Part shown: piece after piece, positions 17,859-28,510 of the stretch
Position numbering within the stretch: the stretch's first letter is position 1
Layout: each line of letters starts with the position of its first letter
Source: an uncultured Bacilli bacterium
GTDB taxonomy: Bacteria; Bacillota_I; Bacilli_A; RF39; UBA660
NCBI GenBank assembly: GCA_947623975.1
Contig: CANQHY010000001.1
Span: 1 to 39,167, forward strand
Direction: 5' to 3'
DNA: 39,167 bases
Position numbers and translations under genes: made by a program
The notes under the pieces: generated by a model
Seen by the model: the letters and a program-made list of their open reading frames with translations, nothing else
Databases searched by the model: none
What the model was told of the DNA's origin: nothing

Positions 17859-18950
17859 ATGAAAAAGATAGTAATGATACTTGCCAACGATACGACATAT
17901 ACTTATAACTTAAGAGAAGCTTTAATAAAGGAGCTGGTAAAAAGAAAATATGACGTATACGTTGTCGCTGAAATCTTGAATTTTAAAGAAGAATTAGAAA
18001 ATATTGGATGTAGGGTAATTGATATAAAAATAGGTAGGCATAGCACTAATCCATTTTCGGATTTTCAATTGTTGAAAAAATATAAATCTTTGTTAAAGGG
18101 AATAAAGCCAGATTTAGTGTTGTCTTATAATATAAAGCCCAATATATATGGTGGAATTGCTTGTGCTAAGTATAAAATAAAATTTATGCCAAATATTACA
18201 GGATTGGGAACAGCATTGGAATACCCTGGTATAATGCAAAAAATAACTATAGCACTAAGTAGGGTTGGATTAAGAAAAGCAGATACAGTTTTTTTTCAAA
18301 ATTCTGATAATAAACAATTTTTCTTAGAAAAAAAAATTTTGTCTAAAAATACTAAAATTGTACTTTTGCCTGGTTCTGGTGTAGATCTTGTTAAACATAA
18401 AATTTTAAGCTACCCACATGGTAAAGTTGTGAATTTTTTATTTGTTGCAAGGATAATGAAAGATAAAGGAATAGACATTTATCTAGAAACAGCAAAAGCT
18501 ATAAAAAAGAAATATCCAAATACAGAATTTCATATTTGTGGATATTGTGATGATGATAATTATAAAAAAATATTAAGAGAATTTGAGAAAGAAAAGTTGA
18601 TAATTTATCATGGCGAACAAAAAGATATGATTCCTTTTTTTGAAATGACTAATTGCGTTATTCATCCGTCTTATTATCCTGAGGGAATGTCAAATGTTTT
18701 GTTAGAAGCAGCAGCACATGCTAGACCGATAATTTGTACGAATAGAAGCGGATGTCGTGAGACAGTTGACGATGGGATTACAGGTTTCATTGTTCCAGTT
18801 AAAAATAAAGATGCTATTATTGAAGCTGTTGAAAAAATAATCAATATGTCAAATAAAAAACGTGAACTTATGGGGTTAAATGGGCGAAAAAAAATAGAAA
18901 GAGAATTTGATAGAAATATTGTTGTCGAAAAATATATGGAAAATTTATAA
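17859..18950 (+). CDS. Glycosyltransferase family 4 (CapL/PglA-like aminosugar transferase)
   Basis: RBS AATGAGGA. The N-terminus ILANDTTYTYNLREALIKELVKRKYDVYVV resembles CapL/PglA-type enzymes. E-x7-E region: EGMSNVLLEAAAHARPIICTNRSGCRETVDDGITGF. Confidence 0.85.
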   Translation: MKKIVMILANDTTYTYNLREALIKELVKRKYDVYVVAEILNFKEELENIGCRVIDIKIGRHSTNPFSDFQLLKKYKSLLKGIKPDLVLSYNIKPNIYGGIACAKYKIKFMPNITGLGTALEYPGIMQKITIALSRVGLRKADTVFFQNSDNKQFFLEKKILSKNTKIVLLPGSGVDLVKHKILSYPHGKVVNFLFVARIMKDKGIDIYLETAKAIKKKYPNTEFHICGYCDDDNYKKILREFEKEKLIIYHGEQKDMIPFFEMTNCVIHPSYYPEGMSNVLLEAAAHARPIICTNRSGCRETVDDGITGFIVPVKNKDAIIEAVEKIINMSNKKRELMGLNGRKKIEREFDRNIVVEKYMENL

Positions 18951-19013
18951 GAAAAAATATAAAATATTAATTTTTTCTGTGTATTATTGAATAAAAGCAA
19001 AGGAGTAAAGAAA

Positions 19014-20114
19014 GTGAAAAATAAGAAAAGGACTATTATATATATTGGCGGTTTCGAATTGCCGGATAAAAATGCTGCTGCTCATCGTGTACGAACAAAT
19101 GCAAAAATATTAAAAAAACTTGGTAGAAAAGTTGTGTATATAGGTGTTAATAGAGAAAACAAAACAAAAATCTTTATAGATGGTAATGATGAAGCATTTT
19201 GCATAAAATATCCTAAAACAAAAAAAGAATGGATTAATTATTTATCAAATCCTCAAGAATACATTCAAATAATAGAAAAATATGATAATGTTGAATCAAT
19301 AATATTGTATAATTTTCAAGCAGTTATTATGAACAAATTAATTAGATACTGTAAGAAGCACGACATTAAAATTTATAGCGATGTTACAGAGTGGTATTCA
19401 GCAAACGGTCATGGATTTATTTATAAGGTGTTAAAAGGATTTGATACGTGGTTTAGAATGAGGGTTTTAAATAGAAAAGTTGATGGATTAATTTTAGTTA
19501 GTAAATATTTGATGAGTTATTATAAAGATGTTAATAATAGAATATATTTGCCAATATTAACTGATTTAAATGATATTAAGTGGCTAAATGATTATAAGAA
19601 ATCCCATAATAAACTTATGCTGGTATATGCTGGAAATCCAGGAAAAAAAGATGAAATAAAAATTTTAATAAATGCTATACAACAAGTAAAAAGACCTTAT
19701 CATTTGGATATTGTAGGAATTTCAGAAGAAGAATATTTTAAAAATTATAACATCGAGAAAATTTCGTTCGATAGTAGTAAGATAGAATTTCATGGCAGAT
19801 TATGTCACAATGATGCATTGAATTTTATAAAAAAGGCAAATTATAGTATTTTTTTTAGAGAAAATAATAGAGTAACCAAGGCAGGATTCCCAACTAAGTT
19901 TGTAGAAGCAATTTCTTGTAAAACACCAGTTATTACTAACAAATCTAGTAACATAAATGATTACTTTAACGGAAAAAATGGATTGTGTATTGATTCTATT
20001 GATGTTGATGAAATTTCTAGAGCTATTGAAAGAATTCCCTATGAATGTGATACAAATGAAAGTGTATTTGATTATAATAATTATATTGACCAAGTCGCTA
20101 ATTTAATTAAATAA
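19014..20114 (+). CDS. Glycosyltransferase (GT-B fold, GT1/GT4-like)
   Basis: The tracked ORF starts with TTG at 18987, but AGGAG (19001-19005) lies 8 nt before GTG 19014. C-terminal donor-binding segment GFPTKFVEAISCKTPVITN. Confidence 0.75.
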   Translation: MKNKKRTIIYIGGFELPDKNAAAHRVRTNAKILKKLGRKVVYIGVNRENKTKIFIDGNDEAFCIKYPKTKKEWINYLSNPQEYIQIIEKYDNVESIILYNFQAVIMNKLIRYCKKHDIKIYSDVTEWYSANGHGFIYKVLKGFDTWFRMRVLNRKVDGLILVSKYLMSYYKDVNNRIYLPILTDLNDIKWLNDYKKSHNKLMLVYAGNPGKKDEIKILINAIQQVKRPYHLDIVGISEEEYFKNYNIEKISFDSSKIEFHGRLCHNDALNFIKKANYSIFFRENNRVTKAGFPTKFVEAISCKTPVITNKSSNINDYFNGKNGLCIDSIDVDEISRAIERIPYECDTNESVFDYNNYIDQVANLIK

Positions 20115-20131
20115 AACGGGGTGTAACGTTA

Positions 20132-21406
20132 ATGACTGAATTAAAAGAAAAAACAAATTTTTTAACTATTGTTATAGCTGTTATATTAATATTAATTGGT
20201 CAAGTTGCAGCGATATATCATGCAAATAATATCATACTAATATCGTTTGTTATTTCAATTTTATATACAGCACTTTGTAATAAAAAGGAAATAATATTAC
20301 TATTAATGTTGACGATAGCACCAAATAGGCTTTTGACTTATGGGTCAATGTCGGTTCCTTCGTTAATAATGATTGTGGGGGTTTTAAGAGGGATTAGCAC
20401 AAATTATAACCTTAATAAGAAGATTGTGTCTTTTGCTGTATTATTAGTTTTATATTCTAGTTTTTTAATTTTTATGGAATCTAATCAATTCTTTTCTTCA
20501 ATAAAAATTGTAATCATGATTATATTTTATGATATGTATACTAAAAATGATGCATTAAAAATAATGTATGAAAAAATTGTTAAATATTGCTCATTAGGAT
20601 GTATAATATCTGCTTTCTTTTCTTTTTTGTTTAATCCTAGTTTTTTAAAGGAAGCTTCTAGGTTTGGATTGACGGAAAGTGGAGAGAATGTATTGGGTAT
20701 ATTATGTGCAATATTAATATTAAACTTTATTTGTTTAAACTTAGATTCAAATCATAAACACAAGAAATACAATTTTATTAATATTGTTATTTTGTTGGTA
20801 ATCGGATTATTTACTGGATCGAGAAGCTTTTTATTAATACTTGCAGTTGGAGGATTGTTTATTTTATTTTATTTATTAAGTAAATTAAAGTTAAATCAGA
20901 TCTTAAAACTATTGCTAATTGTATTTATAGTCGGCATTACCTTTTTTATGCTGTATGAAACGAACTCATATATCAATCAGTATTTTACCAATCTATTGCA
21001 TAGAATGGATAAACTTCAAAATACAGATATTTCGAATGGAAGATACGAACTTTGGAAAGAGTATATCAAAGTATTTAAAGAAAAACCTTATTATTTATGG
21101 TTTGGTAATTTGAATTACATTAAATATGGTTTAGAATTTGTTGCTCATAATATGATTATAGAACAACTTGCTGCTTATGGAATAGTTGGATCGATTATAA
21201 TTACAGCGTTATATACCACTTTTTTTAAAAAGATAAAAAAAGAAAATTTTTGTAAACCATTTTTTTCTGAAAGGTATGCACCGTTAGTTGCATTTTTTGC
21301 TGGTGAGATGGTATCACATTCTATTGTTGGCATTACCCAAACAACTTTGCTATATATTTGTGTTCTGTCAATATATACTGGAACTAAACAAAAAGGAGGA
21401 AAATAG
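20132..21406 (+). CDS. wzy: O-antigen/capsule repeat-unit polymerase (Wzy / O-antigen-ligase-like family)
   Basis: About 10-11 TM helices. LFTGSRSFLLILAVGG motif and a large loop (YINQYFTNLLHRMDKLQNTDISNGRYELWKEY). Sits between glycosyltransferases and wzx. Confidence 0.7.
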   Translation: MTELKEKTNFLTIVIAVILILIGQVAAIYHANNIILISFVISILYTALCNKKEIILLLMLTIAPNRLLTYGSMSVPSLIMIVGVLRGISTNYNLNKKIVSFAVLLVLYSSFLIFMESNQFFSSIKIVIMIIFYDMYTKNDALKIMYEKIVKYCSLGCIISAFFSFLFNPSFLKEASRFGLTESGENVLGILCAILILNFICLNLDSNHKHKKYNFINIVILLVIGLFTGSRSFLLILAVGGLFILFYLLSKLKLNQILKLLLIVFIVGITFFMLYETNSYINQYFTNLLHRMDKLQNTDISNGRYELWKEYIKVFKEKPYYLWFGNLNYIKYGLEFVAHNMIIEQLAAYGIVGSIIITALYTTFFKKIKKENFCKPFFSERYAPLVAFFAGEMVSHSIVGITQTTLLYICVLSIYTGTKQKGGK

Positions 21407-22672
21407 ATGAAAGTATTGTGGGTAACCTCCCAAATTCTTCCACTAGTCGCAAATGAATTAGATGTAAAAACTAGTGGTTTTGGTGGATGGGTTATGAATA
21501 TGCTCTGTGAACTAGACAAAAAAAAAGATATTGAAATAGGAATTGTTATGGTATCTGATAAAGTAAAAGAAATAAAAACAATAAAAGTTGATAGATTCAT
21601 TTGCTATGTTGCACCAGAATATGGGAAAAAGAACATAAAAGATGAATATAGAGATGAAATATTAAACAGATTTATACCAGACATAATACATATTGAGGGA
21701 AACGAGTTTGGTATACAAAATAAGTTCTCCAAAGTCAAAAAATATCCTGTTTTAGTTTCATTGCAAGGAATTTTATCTGGTTATGAACCTTATCAGTATG
21801 GAGAAATACAGATTTCTGATCATTTATTCAACATATTTGATAAACATTTTCTACCATCATGGACAATTTTCTTTAGGAAAAAATTTAGGTTTAATAAAAG
21901 ATTGGCGATAGAAAATGAAACCATATCTAATGCTAATTATTTAACAGGAAGAACATTTTGGGATAGAGCACATAGTTATTGGTTAAATTCACGTGCTTAT
22001 TATTTTGAATGTAATAGAATTTTAAGACCAGTTTTTTATAGCGAAACTTGGGATATAAACGAAATAGAAGAGAAAACTTTATTTGTCGGAAATGGTTATT
22101 CGCCATTGAAAGGTTTGCATTTTGTACTTGAGGCTGTTAATCTTCTTAAAAAAGAATATAAAAATATAAAGTTATACGTTGCTGGAAATTGCCCAGTAGT
22201 AGAAAAAAACAAAATATCATTACACAAGTTTGGGTATAGTATGTATATTAAACAATTAATAAAAAAATATGATTTAGAAAAACAAGTGATTTTTACTGGT
22301 TCTTTGAATGGTGAAGAAATGGTTAAAGTTATGAAAAAGTGCAACATATATGTATTACCATCACTGATTGAAAACAGTCCAAATACGTTAGGCGAAGCTA
22401 TGATTTTGGGAATGCCATGCGTTTCTGCATATACAGGTGGTGCATCTCAAATGGCAATTGACGAGAAAGAGTGCCTTTTTTATCGCGCAAACGACCCTAA
22501 TTTGTTGGCATGGCAGGTAAAAAGGTTATTTGATGATAAAAATCTTGCAATTAAAATAGGCGAAAATGCTAAAAAGCACGCTCGAATTACACATAATGCT
22601 GAAGAAAATTGCAAAAAATTAATAGAAGGTTATAATAAGATATTGGAGAATAGTAAGTCTAATGAAAAATAA
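21407..22672 (+). CDS. Glycosyltransferase family 4
   Basis: The start abuts the wzy stop (TAGATG). Motif ENSPNTLGEAMILGMPCVSAYTGGASQMAIDEKECLFY. Confidence 0.85.
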   Translation: MKVLWVTSQILPLVANELDVKTSGFGGWVMNMLCELDKKKDIEIGIVMVSDKVKEIKTIKVDRFICYVAPEYGKKNIKDEYRDEILNRFIPDIIHIEGNEFGIQNKFSKVKKYPVLVSLQGILSGYEPYQYGEIQISDHLFNIFDKHFLPSWTIFFRKKFRFNKRLAIENETISNANYLTGRTFWDRAHSYWLNSRAYYFECNRILRPVFYSETWDINEIEEKTLFVGNGYSPLKGLHFVLEAVNLLKKEYKNIKLYVAGNCPVVEKNKISLHKFGYSMYIKQLIKKYDLEKQVIFTGSLNGEEMVKVMKKCNIYVLPSLIENSPNTLGEAMILGMPCVSAYTGGASQMAIDEKECLFYRANDPNLLAWQVKRLFDDKNLAIKIGENAKKHARITHNAEENCKKLIEGYNKILENSKSNEK

Positions 22673-23867
22673 TAAAACGTTAAAAATGTATATAAAAACA
22701 ATTTTATATAAATTGATATGTGTATTGGTTGGCTTCCTTAATTCGATATTAATTAATAGGAGTTTGGGTGTTGCATTAAGAGGAGAATATACATCAATTA
22801 CAAATTGGGCAAGTTTAATTCAACTTTTTTTAAATCTTGGTATTGGTACAATTTATCCATCAATAAAAAGGGAAAACAATGAGGAAGCAAAAAGTATAAT
22901 CTCAACCTTATTATACATGGTAGGTATCATGTATTTGGTGTTAATTATAATTTTATTTCCTTTCTTATCAACAAAAGTGAGATATATAGCAATTTTGTCA
23001 TACTTACTAACATTAGAAAACATTATTTTATTTGTAGCTATAGTCGAGGATGTTTCAAAAAAGAATTTTATCAATATAATTACTTCTATTTTGCATACCG
23101 TGGTTCTATTTATCATATATTATTCTTTTAAAAGAAATTTAGATATGATAATTTTAGCTGTTTTTTTAGATCATATTTTGTTATCTTTGTTATTGGTTGC
23201 AAATTATAAAATTACTATATTTGATAGAGGAAAAATAAATAAATCTCTTCTTAAATCTATATCCTATCAATCATTTCCTGCTATGTTAATGAATATGTTG
23301 ATGTATTTAAATTATCATGCTGATATTTTGTTTTTAAGTTCAATGACAAAAAATTCTGTACAAGTGGGATTATATGGTACTGCCGTGTCATTAGGGAATA
23401 TGCTTTGGATAATTCCAGATGCTTTTAAAGATATTCTTTATAATAGATCAACAAAAAGAGATAATCCAAAAGAAATTAAAATTGCTATATTAATAAATAT
23501 AGTAATTTGTATATTTGTAATAATTGGGTTTATATTTCTAGGAAAATGGTTTTTGATTACTATGTATGGTGAGGAGTATTTAAATTCATATGGAATAGCA
23601 TTAATAATTTTTATTGGTACAATACCAATGATTTTGTATAAATTGATACATCCAATTTATATTGCAAATGGAAAAACAAGCGTTGTAGTTATCTTACTTT
23701 TAATTGCAGTTATTACCAATATATTGGGTAATATAATTTTAATTCCTCAATTTGAAGGTATTGGAGCTGCCTTATCATCAGTTATTTCGTATTCAATTTG
23801 CGGAATTGCGTTCTATTTGAGATTTGTTAAGGATTATAATAAGAAAAGAGGGAAATTAAATGAATAA
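22662..23867 (+). CDS. wzx: Polysaccharide flippase (MOP/Wzx family)
   Basis: Polytopic protein with about 10-12 TM helices. Overlaps the upstream gene by 11 nt and the downstream gene by 8 nt. Position is typical for wzx. Confidence 0.7.
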   Translation: MKNNKTLKMYIKTILYKLICVLVGFLNSILINRSLGVALRGEYTSITNWASLIQLFLNLGIGTIYPSIKRENNEEAKSIISTLLYMVGIMYLVLIIILFPFLSTKVRYIAILSYLLTLENIILFVAIVEDVSKKNFINIITSILHTVVLFIIYYSFKRNLDMIILAVFLDHILLSLLLVANYKITIFDRGKINKSLLKSISYQSFPAMLMNMLMYLNYHADILFLSSMTKNSVQVGLYGTAVSLGNMLWIIPDAFKDILYNRSTKRDNPKEIKIAILINIVICIFVIIGFIFLGKWFLITMYGEEYLNSYGIALIIFIGTIPMILYKLIHPIYIANGKTSVVVILLLIAVITNILGNIILIPQFEGIGAALSSVISYSICGIAFYLRFVKDYNKKRGKLNE

Positions 23868-24921
23868 TAAAAATATGTTCGATGGAAAAGTATTGATGAT
23901 TACCGGAGGAACTGGATCTTTCGGTAACACTGTATTAAAACATTTTTTAAAAAGCGATATCAAAGAAATAAGAATTTTTTCGAGAGATGAAAAAAAGCAA
24001 GACGATATGAGACACGAACTACAAGCAAAATATCCAGAATATGCAAAAAAAGTAACATTTTATATCGGTGATGTTAGAAATTTACAAAGTGTTAAAGACG
24101 CAATGGTAGGAGTTGATTACATATTTCATGCAGCAGCTTTAAAACAAGTACCTAGTTGTGAATTTTATCCAATGGAAGCTGTAAGAACTAATGTTATCGG
24201 TACTGACAATGTATTGCATGCCGCTATGGAAGAAGGAGTAAAAAGGGTAGTGTGTTTGTCAACAGATAAAGCAGCATATCCAATTAACGCAATGGGACCA
24301 TCAAAAGCTATGATGGAAAAAGTAATATATGCGAATGCTAGAATTTCTGCTAAAAGGGGAGGACCCGTAATTTGTTGTACTAGATATGGGAATGTAATGT
24401 GTTCGAGAGGTAGCGTTATTCCATTATTTATTGATCAAATTAAAAGTGGAAGACCTATTACTATTACAGACCCAAATATGACAAGATTTTTAATGAATTT
24501 AGATGAAGCGGTTGATCTAGTACAATTTGCATTTGAACATGCCAATCCAGGTGATCTTTTTATTCAAAAAGCCGATGCTTCTACAATCGGAGACTTAGCA
24601 AAAGCTGTTCAAAAGTTATTTGGTGATACTGGCACAAATATAATAGGAACTAGGCATGGAGAAAAGTTATACGAAACTCTTATGACGAGAGAAGAAGCCT
24701 TAAGATGCGAGGATATGGGGAATTATTACAGAATTGCAGCCGATACAAGAGATTTGAATTATGATAAATTCGTTGTAAAAGGAACTGTAAAGACTATGGC
24801 TGAAGAATCTTACACTTCTCACAATACTAATAGATTAAACGTAGATGAAACTGTAGATAAGATACTTACAACAGATTATGTCCAAGATGAGTTAAAAAAA
24901 TGGAGAGAAGAGGGAAAATAG
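23860..24921 (+). CDS. capE: UDP-N-acetylglucosamine 4,6-dehydratase/5-epimerase (CapE/FnlA)
   Basis: MFDGKVLMITGGTGSFGNTVLKHFLKSDIKEIRIFSRDEKKQDDMR is near-collinear with the S. aureus Cap5E N-terminus as recalled. SDR fold. Confidence 0.9.
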   Translation: MNNKNMFDGKVLMITGGTGSFGNTVLKHFLKSDIKEIRIFSRDEKKQDDMRHELQAKYPEYAKKVTFYIGDVRNLQSVKDAMVGVDYIFHAAALKQVPSCEFYPMEAVRTNVIGTDNVLHAAMEEGVKRVVCLSTDKAAYPINAMGPSKAMMEKVIYANARISAKRGGPVICCTRYGNVMCSRGSVIPLFIDQIKSGRPITITDPNMTRFLMNLDEAVDLVQFAFEHANPGDLFIQKADASTIGDLAKAVQKLFGDTGTNIIGTRHGEKLYETLMTREEALRCEDMGNYYRIAADTRDLNYDKFVVKGTVKTMAEESYTSHNTNRLNVDETVDKILTTDYVQDELKKWREEGK

Positions 24922-24948
24922 TTTATAATAATTAATTGAGGTATGAGT

Positions 24949-26106
24949 ATGAAAATATTGGTAACTGGTTCAAGTGGATTTGTTGGTAAAAATTTAGTTG
25001 AAACATTAAAAAATATTAGAGATAAAAAAGATAAAACAAGGTTAAACCTAAGTATAGAAGAAATATATGAGTTTGATAAAGATACAAGTTATAATTTATT
25101 GGATGAATATTGCTCTAAATGCGATTTTGTGTTTAATCTAGCTGGAGTTAATAGACCACGAGACCAAAAAGATTTTGATTTTAATTTTAATTTTGTTGAA
25201 ATTCTTCTGAATATGTTGAAAAAACACAATAATAAATGTTCAATAATGTTGTCTTCATCTATTCAAGCCAAACTTGATAATGATTACGGTAAAAGTAAGC
25301 TAGAAGGGGAAAAAATATTGTTTGATTATGCTAAAAATAATAATGTTAATGTTTTTGTTTACAGATTCCCAAATTTGTTTGGAAAATGGTGTAAACCAAA
25401 TTACAATAGTGTGATTGCCACTTGGTGCTATAATTATGCAAATAATTTGGCAATAAAGGTAAATAACCCAGATACAGAATTAGAATTATGTTATATTGAC
25501 GACGTTATAGAGGAAATGCTTGATGCTTTGGATGGAAATGCACATAAAAAAAATGAATATTGCTATGTTCCGATAACTTACAAGATAACGTTAAAGAGAA
25601 TCGTAGAAATTCTCAATTCTTTTAAAGAACAACCGTCTACTTTAATAATACCAGAAATTCCCAATAATTCTTTTGAAAAAAAATTATATTCAACATATCT
25701 GTCATATTTGCCAAAAGATAAAGTTAAATTTCCACTCAAGTGTAATGTAGATGATAGAGGTAGTTTTACAGAATTACTAAAGACTATTAATAATGGACAG
25801 TTTTCTGTTAATATAAGTAAACCTGGGATTACCAAAGGGCAACATTGGCATCATTCAAAATGGGAAATTTTCATTGTAGTTAAAGGAAGTGCTTTGATAC
25901 AAGAACGTAAAATAGGTACTGATGAAATAATAGAATTTTATGTTAGTGATAAAAAAATAGAGGCAGTTCAAATGTTACCAGGTTATACACACAATATAAT
26001 TAATTTGTCTAATACAGAAGATTTAATAACATTGATGTGGGCTAACGAGTTGTTTGATTACAATAAACCTGATACATATAGTGAGGAGGTAAAAAATGAG
26101 CATTAA
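24949..26106 (+). CDS. capF: CapF/FnlB: SDR reductase domain plus C-terminal cupin (UDP-L-FucNAc pathway step 2)
   Basis: Motifs FPNLFGKWCKPNYNSVIATWCY, LYSTYLSYLP, VDDRGSFTELLKT and SVNISKPGITKGQHWHHSKWE match Cap5F. The tracked ORF starts at 24943, but GAGG (24938-24941) favours ATG 24949. Confidence 0.9.
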   Translation: MKILVTGSSGFVGKNLVETLKNIRDKKDKTRLNLSIEEIYEFDKDTSYNLLDEYCSKCDFVFNLAGVNRPRDQKDFDFNFNFVEILLNMLKKHNNKCSIMLSSSIQAKLDNDYGKSKLEGEKILFDYAKNNNVNVFVYRFPNLFGKWCKPNYNSVIATWCYNYANNLAIKVNNPDTELELCYIDDVIEEMLDALDGNAHKKNEYCYVPITYKITLKRIVEILNSFKEQPSTLIIPEIPNNSFEKKLYSTYLSYLPKDKVKFPLKCNVDDRGSFTELLKTINNGQFSVNISKPGITKGQHWHHSKWEIFIVVKGSALIQERKIGTDEIIEFYVSDKKIEAVQMLPGYTHNIINLSNTEDLITLMWANELFDYNKPDTYSEEVKNEH

Positions 26107-27286
26107 AGCAGATTACACGGATATTAAATGGAAAGAAAATAATAAATTGAAATTATTAATTATAGTAGGAACAAGACCAGAGATAATTAGACTTTCGGCA
26201 GTTATTACAAAATGTAGAAAATATTTTGATTGTATTTTAGCTCATACTGGTCAAAACTACGATTATAATTTAAATGAAATTTTCTTTAAAGATTTGAGGA
26301 TTGATAATCCGGAAGTGTATATGGATACTGTTGGTAGCGATTTAGGCGAGACTATTGGTAATATTATTAGTTGCTCTTATAAACTAATGAGCCAAATTAA
26401 ACCAGATGCATTATTGGTACTTGGTGATACTAATAGTTGTTTAAGTGCTATAAGTGCTAAGAGATTACATATACCAATATTCCATATGGAAGCAGGTAAT
26501 AGGTGCAAAGACGAATGTTTACCAGAAGAAACTAATAGAAGAATAGTAGATATTATTTCTGATGTGAATTTAGCTTACTCAGAACATGCAAGAAAGTATT
26601 TACATGAATGTGGTCTACCTAAGGAGAGAGTATATGTTACAGGTTCTCCAATGGCTGAAGTATTACAAAATAATTTAGATGATATTAAGAAAAGTGATAT
26701 ATTAAATAAATTAAATTTAAAGAAAAATAATTATATTTTATTATCTGCTCATAGAGAAGAGAATATAGATACTAAAGAAAACTTTGAAAGTTTATTTAAC
26801 GCTATTAATAAGATAGCTGAGAAATATGATATGCCAATATTATATTCATGTCATCCTAGAAGTAGAAAGAGATTGGAATCTAGTGGTTTTAAATTAGATA
26901 AAAGAGTAGTAATGCATGAACCTTTAGGCTTTCATGATTACAATAATTTACAGATGAATGCTTTTTGTGTAATAAGTGATTCTGGAACTTTACCAGAAGA
27001 ATCAAGTTTTTATATGAGTATAGGAAAACCAATATCAGCAGTATGCATAAGAACTTCAACGGAAAGACCAGAAGCATTGGATAAAGCAAGTTTTATATTA
27101 GCAGGCATTGATGAAAAAAGCCTTCTTCAATCAGTTGAGACTGCTGTAGAAATGACAAATCACAATGAGTTTGGAGTCCCAGTACCGGACTATGTTGACA
27201 GAAATGTGTCAACTAAAGTTGTTAAAATTATTCAAAGTTATACTGGAATTGTAAATAAAATTGTTTGGCGAAAAGATAGATGTTAA
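26096..27286 (+). CDS. capG: Non-hydrolysing UDP-sugar 2-epimerase (CapG/FnlC-type)
   Basis: LIIVGTRPEIIRLSAVI...HTGQNYDY...VLGDTNS...HMEAGNRC...PEE.NRR is the typical WecB-family layout. Immediately follows capE and capF. Confidence 0.88.
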   Translation: MSIKADYTDIKWKENNKLKLLIIVGTRPEIIRLSAVITKCRKYFDCILAHTGQNYDYNLNEIFFKDLRIDNPEVYMDTVGSDLGETIGNIISCSYKLMSQIKPDALLVLGDTNSCLSAISAKRLHIPIFHMEAGNRCKDECLPEETNRRIVDIISDVNLAYSEHARKYLHECGLPKERVYVTGSPMAEVLQNNLDDIKKSDILNKLNLKKNNYILLSAHREENIDTKENFESLFNAINKIAEKYDMPILYSCHPRSRKRLESSGFKLDKRVVMHEPLGFHDYNNLQMNAFCVISDSGTLPEESSFYMSIGKPISAVCIRTSTERPEALDKASFILAGIDEKSLLQSVETAVEMTNHNEFGVPVPDYVDRNVSTKVVKIIQSYTGIVNKIVWRKDRC

Positions 27287-27295
27287 GGTGATATT

Positions 27296-28345
27296 ATGAA
27301 AAATAAAATAAATTTAGAAAATAAAACAATATTAGTTACTGGCTCATCAGGTTTTATTGGGGCTAATCTTACTAAAAGATTGTTGAGCGAATATCCAACC
27401 TGTACTGTTATTGGTCTTGATAATATGAATGAATATTATGACATTAGAATTAAAGAATCAAGATTAAAAGAATTGGAAAAATTTACCAATTTTAATTTCA
27501 TTAAAGGAAATCTTGCTGATAAAGAGTTAATTAATTCCTTATTTGAAAAGTACAAACCTAGTGTAGTAGTTAATTTAGCTGCCCAAGCAGGAGTTAGATA
27601 TTCTATTACTAATCCTGACGCTTATATCGAATCAAACATAATTGGATTTTATAATATATTAGAGGCTTGCAGAAACTATCCTGTTGAACATTTAGTTTAT
27701 GCTTCATCATCATCAGTATATGGAGGTAACACCAAAGTTCCTTTCTCAACTGACGATAAAGTAGATAATCCAGTAAGCCTATATGCTGCTACTAAAAAGT
27801 CTAACGAATTGATGGCTCACGCTTATTCAAAACTATACAATATACCTAGTACAGGTTTAAGATTCTTTACAGTTTATGGACCTGCAGGAAGACCTGATAT
27901 GGCTTATTTTGGATTTACAGATAAATTAATTAAAGGTGAAACAATAAAAATATTTAATTATGGAAATTGTAAAAGAGACTTTACTTATGTTGATGATATA
28001 GTGGAAGGAATAGTTAGAGTAATGCAGGGCGCACCTGAGAAGAAAAATGGTGATGATGGACTTCCTATTCCGCCTTATGCAGTTTATAACATAGGAAACA
28101 GTAATCCTGAAAACTTGTTAGATTTTGTAAATATATTACAAGAAGAATTGGTAAGGGCAGGAGTACTTCCAAAAGACTATGATTTTGAATCTCACAAAGA
28201 GTTAGTGCCTATGCAAGCAGGAGATGTTCCAGTAACTTATGCAGATACTACACCTCTAGAAAAAGATTTTGGCTTTAAGCCAAGTACATCTTTAAGAGAA
28301 GGCTTAAGAAAATTTGCCGATTGGTATAAAGAATTTTATATGTAA
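27296..28345 (+). CDS. NAD-dependent epimerase, UDP-glucuronate 4-epimerase-like
   Basis: ILVTGSSGFIGANL...GLDNMNEYYDIRIKESRL...ASSSSVYG...YAATKKSNE is typical of the CapI/LpsL/WbnF group. Confidence 0.8.
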   Translation: MKNKINLENKTILVTGSSGFIGANLTKRLLSEYPTCTVIGLDNMNEYYDIRIKESRLKELEKFTNFNFIKGNLADKELINSLFEKYKPSVVVNLAAQAGVRYSITNPDAYIESNIIGFYNILEACRNYPVEHLVYASSSSVYGGNTKVPFSTDDKVDNPVSLYAATKKSNELMAHAYSKLYNIPSTGLRFFTVYGPAGRPDMAYFGFTDKLIKGETIKIFNYGNCKRDFTYVDDIVEGIVRVMQGAPEKKNGDDGLPIPPYAVYNIGNSNPENLLDFVNILQEELVRAGVLPKDYDFESHKELVPMQAGDVPVTYADTTPLEKDFGFKPSTSLREGLRKFADWYKEFYM

Positions 28346-28371
28346 TGGTTTTTATAGACCATTATTTTTTT
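28344..28371 (+). terminator. Terminator ending the glycan operon
   Basis: AATGGT (28344-28349) pairs with ACCATT (28358-28363), followed by ATTTTTTT. The short 6-bp stem overlaps the stop codon. Confidence 0.5.
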
Positions 28372-28399
28372 ATTATAATCATTTTAGTAATTAAATTTG

Positions 28400-28427
28400 T
28401 TGACTTTTTACAAAAATGGTATAAAAT
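28400..28427 (+). promoter_or_regulatory. Promoter candidate for the ATPase/Toprim pair
   Basis: TTGACT (28400-28405), a 16-nt spacer, then TAAAAT (28422-28427). A TG lies at 28417-28418. Confidence 0.5.
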
Positions 28428-28510
28428 ATAACAACAACATCAAAAATATTTCAAAAAATGGTATTATTTAGTTAGTTTTGTGATACAATATTATCGAAAG
28501 GAAGATTGTT

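Noticed and set aside
18328-21526. A8-A9 homopolymer tracts inside glycosyltransferase genes (18328-18336, 18887-18894, 21518-21526) as phase-variation switches
   Set aside because: Comparable A-runs (Lys codons) also occur in capF and the nucleotidyltransferase gene. In this AT-rich, Lys-rich coding background they are expected by chance. No evidence of frameshifted alleles is visible.
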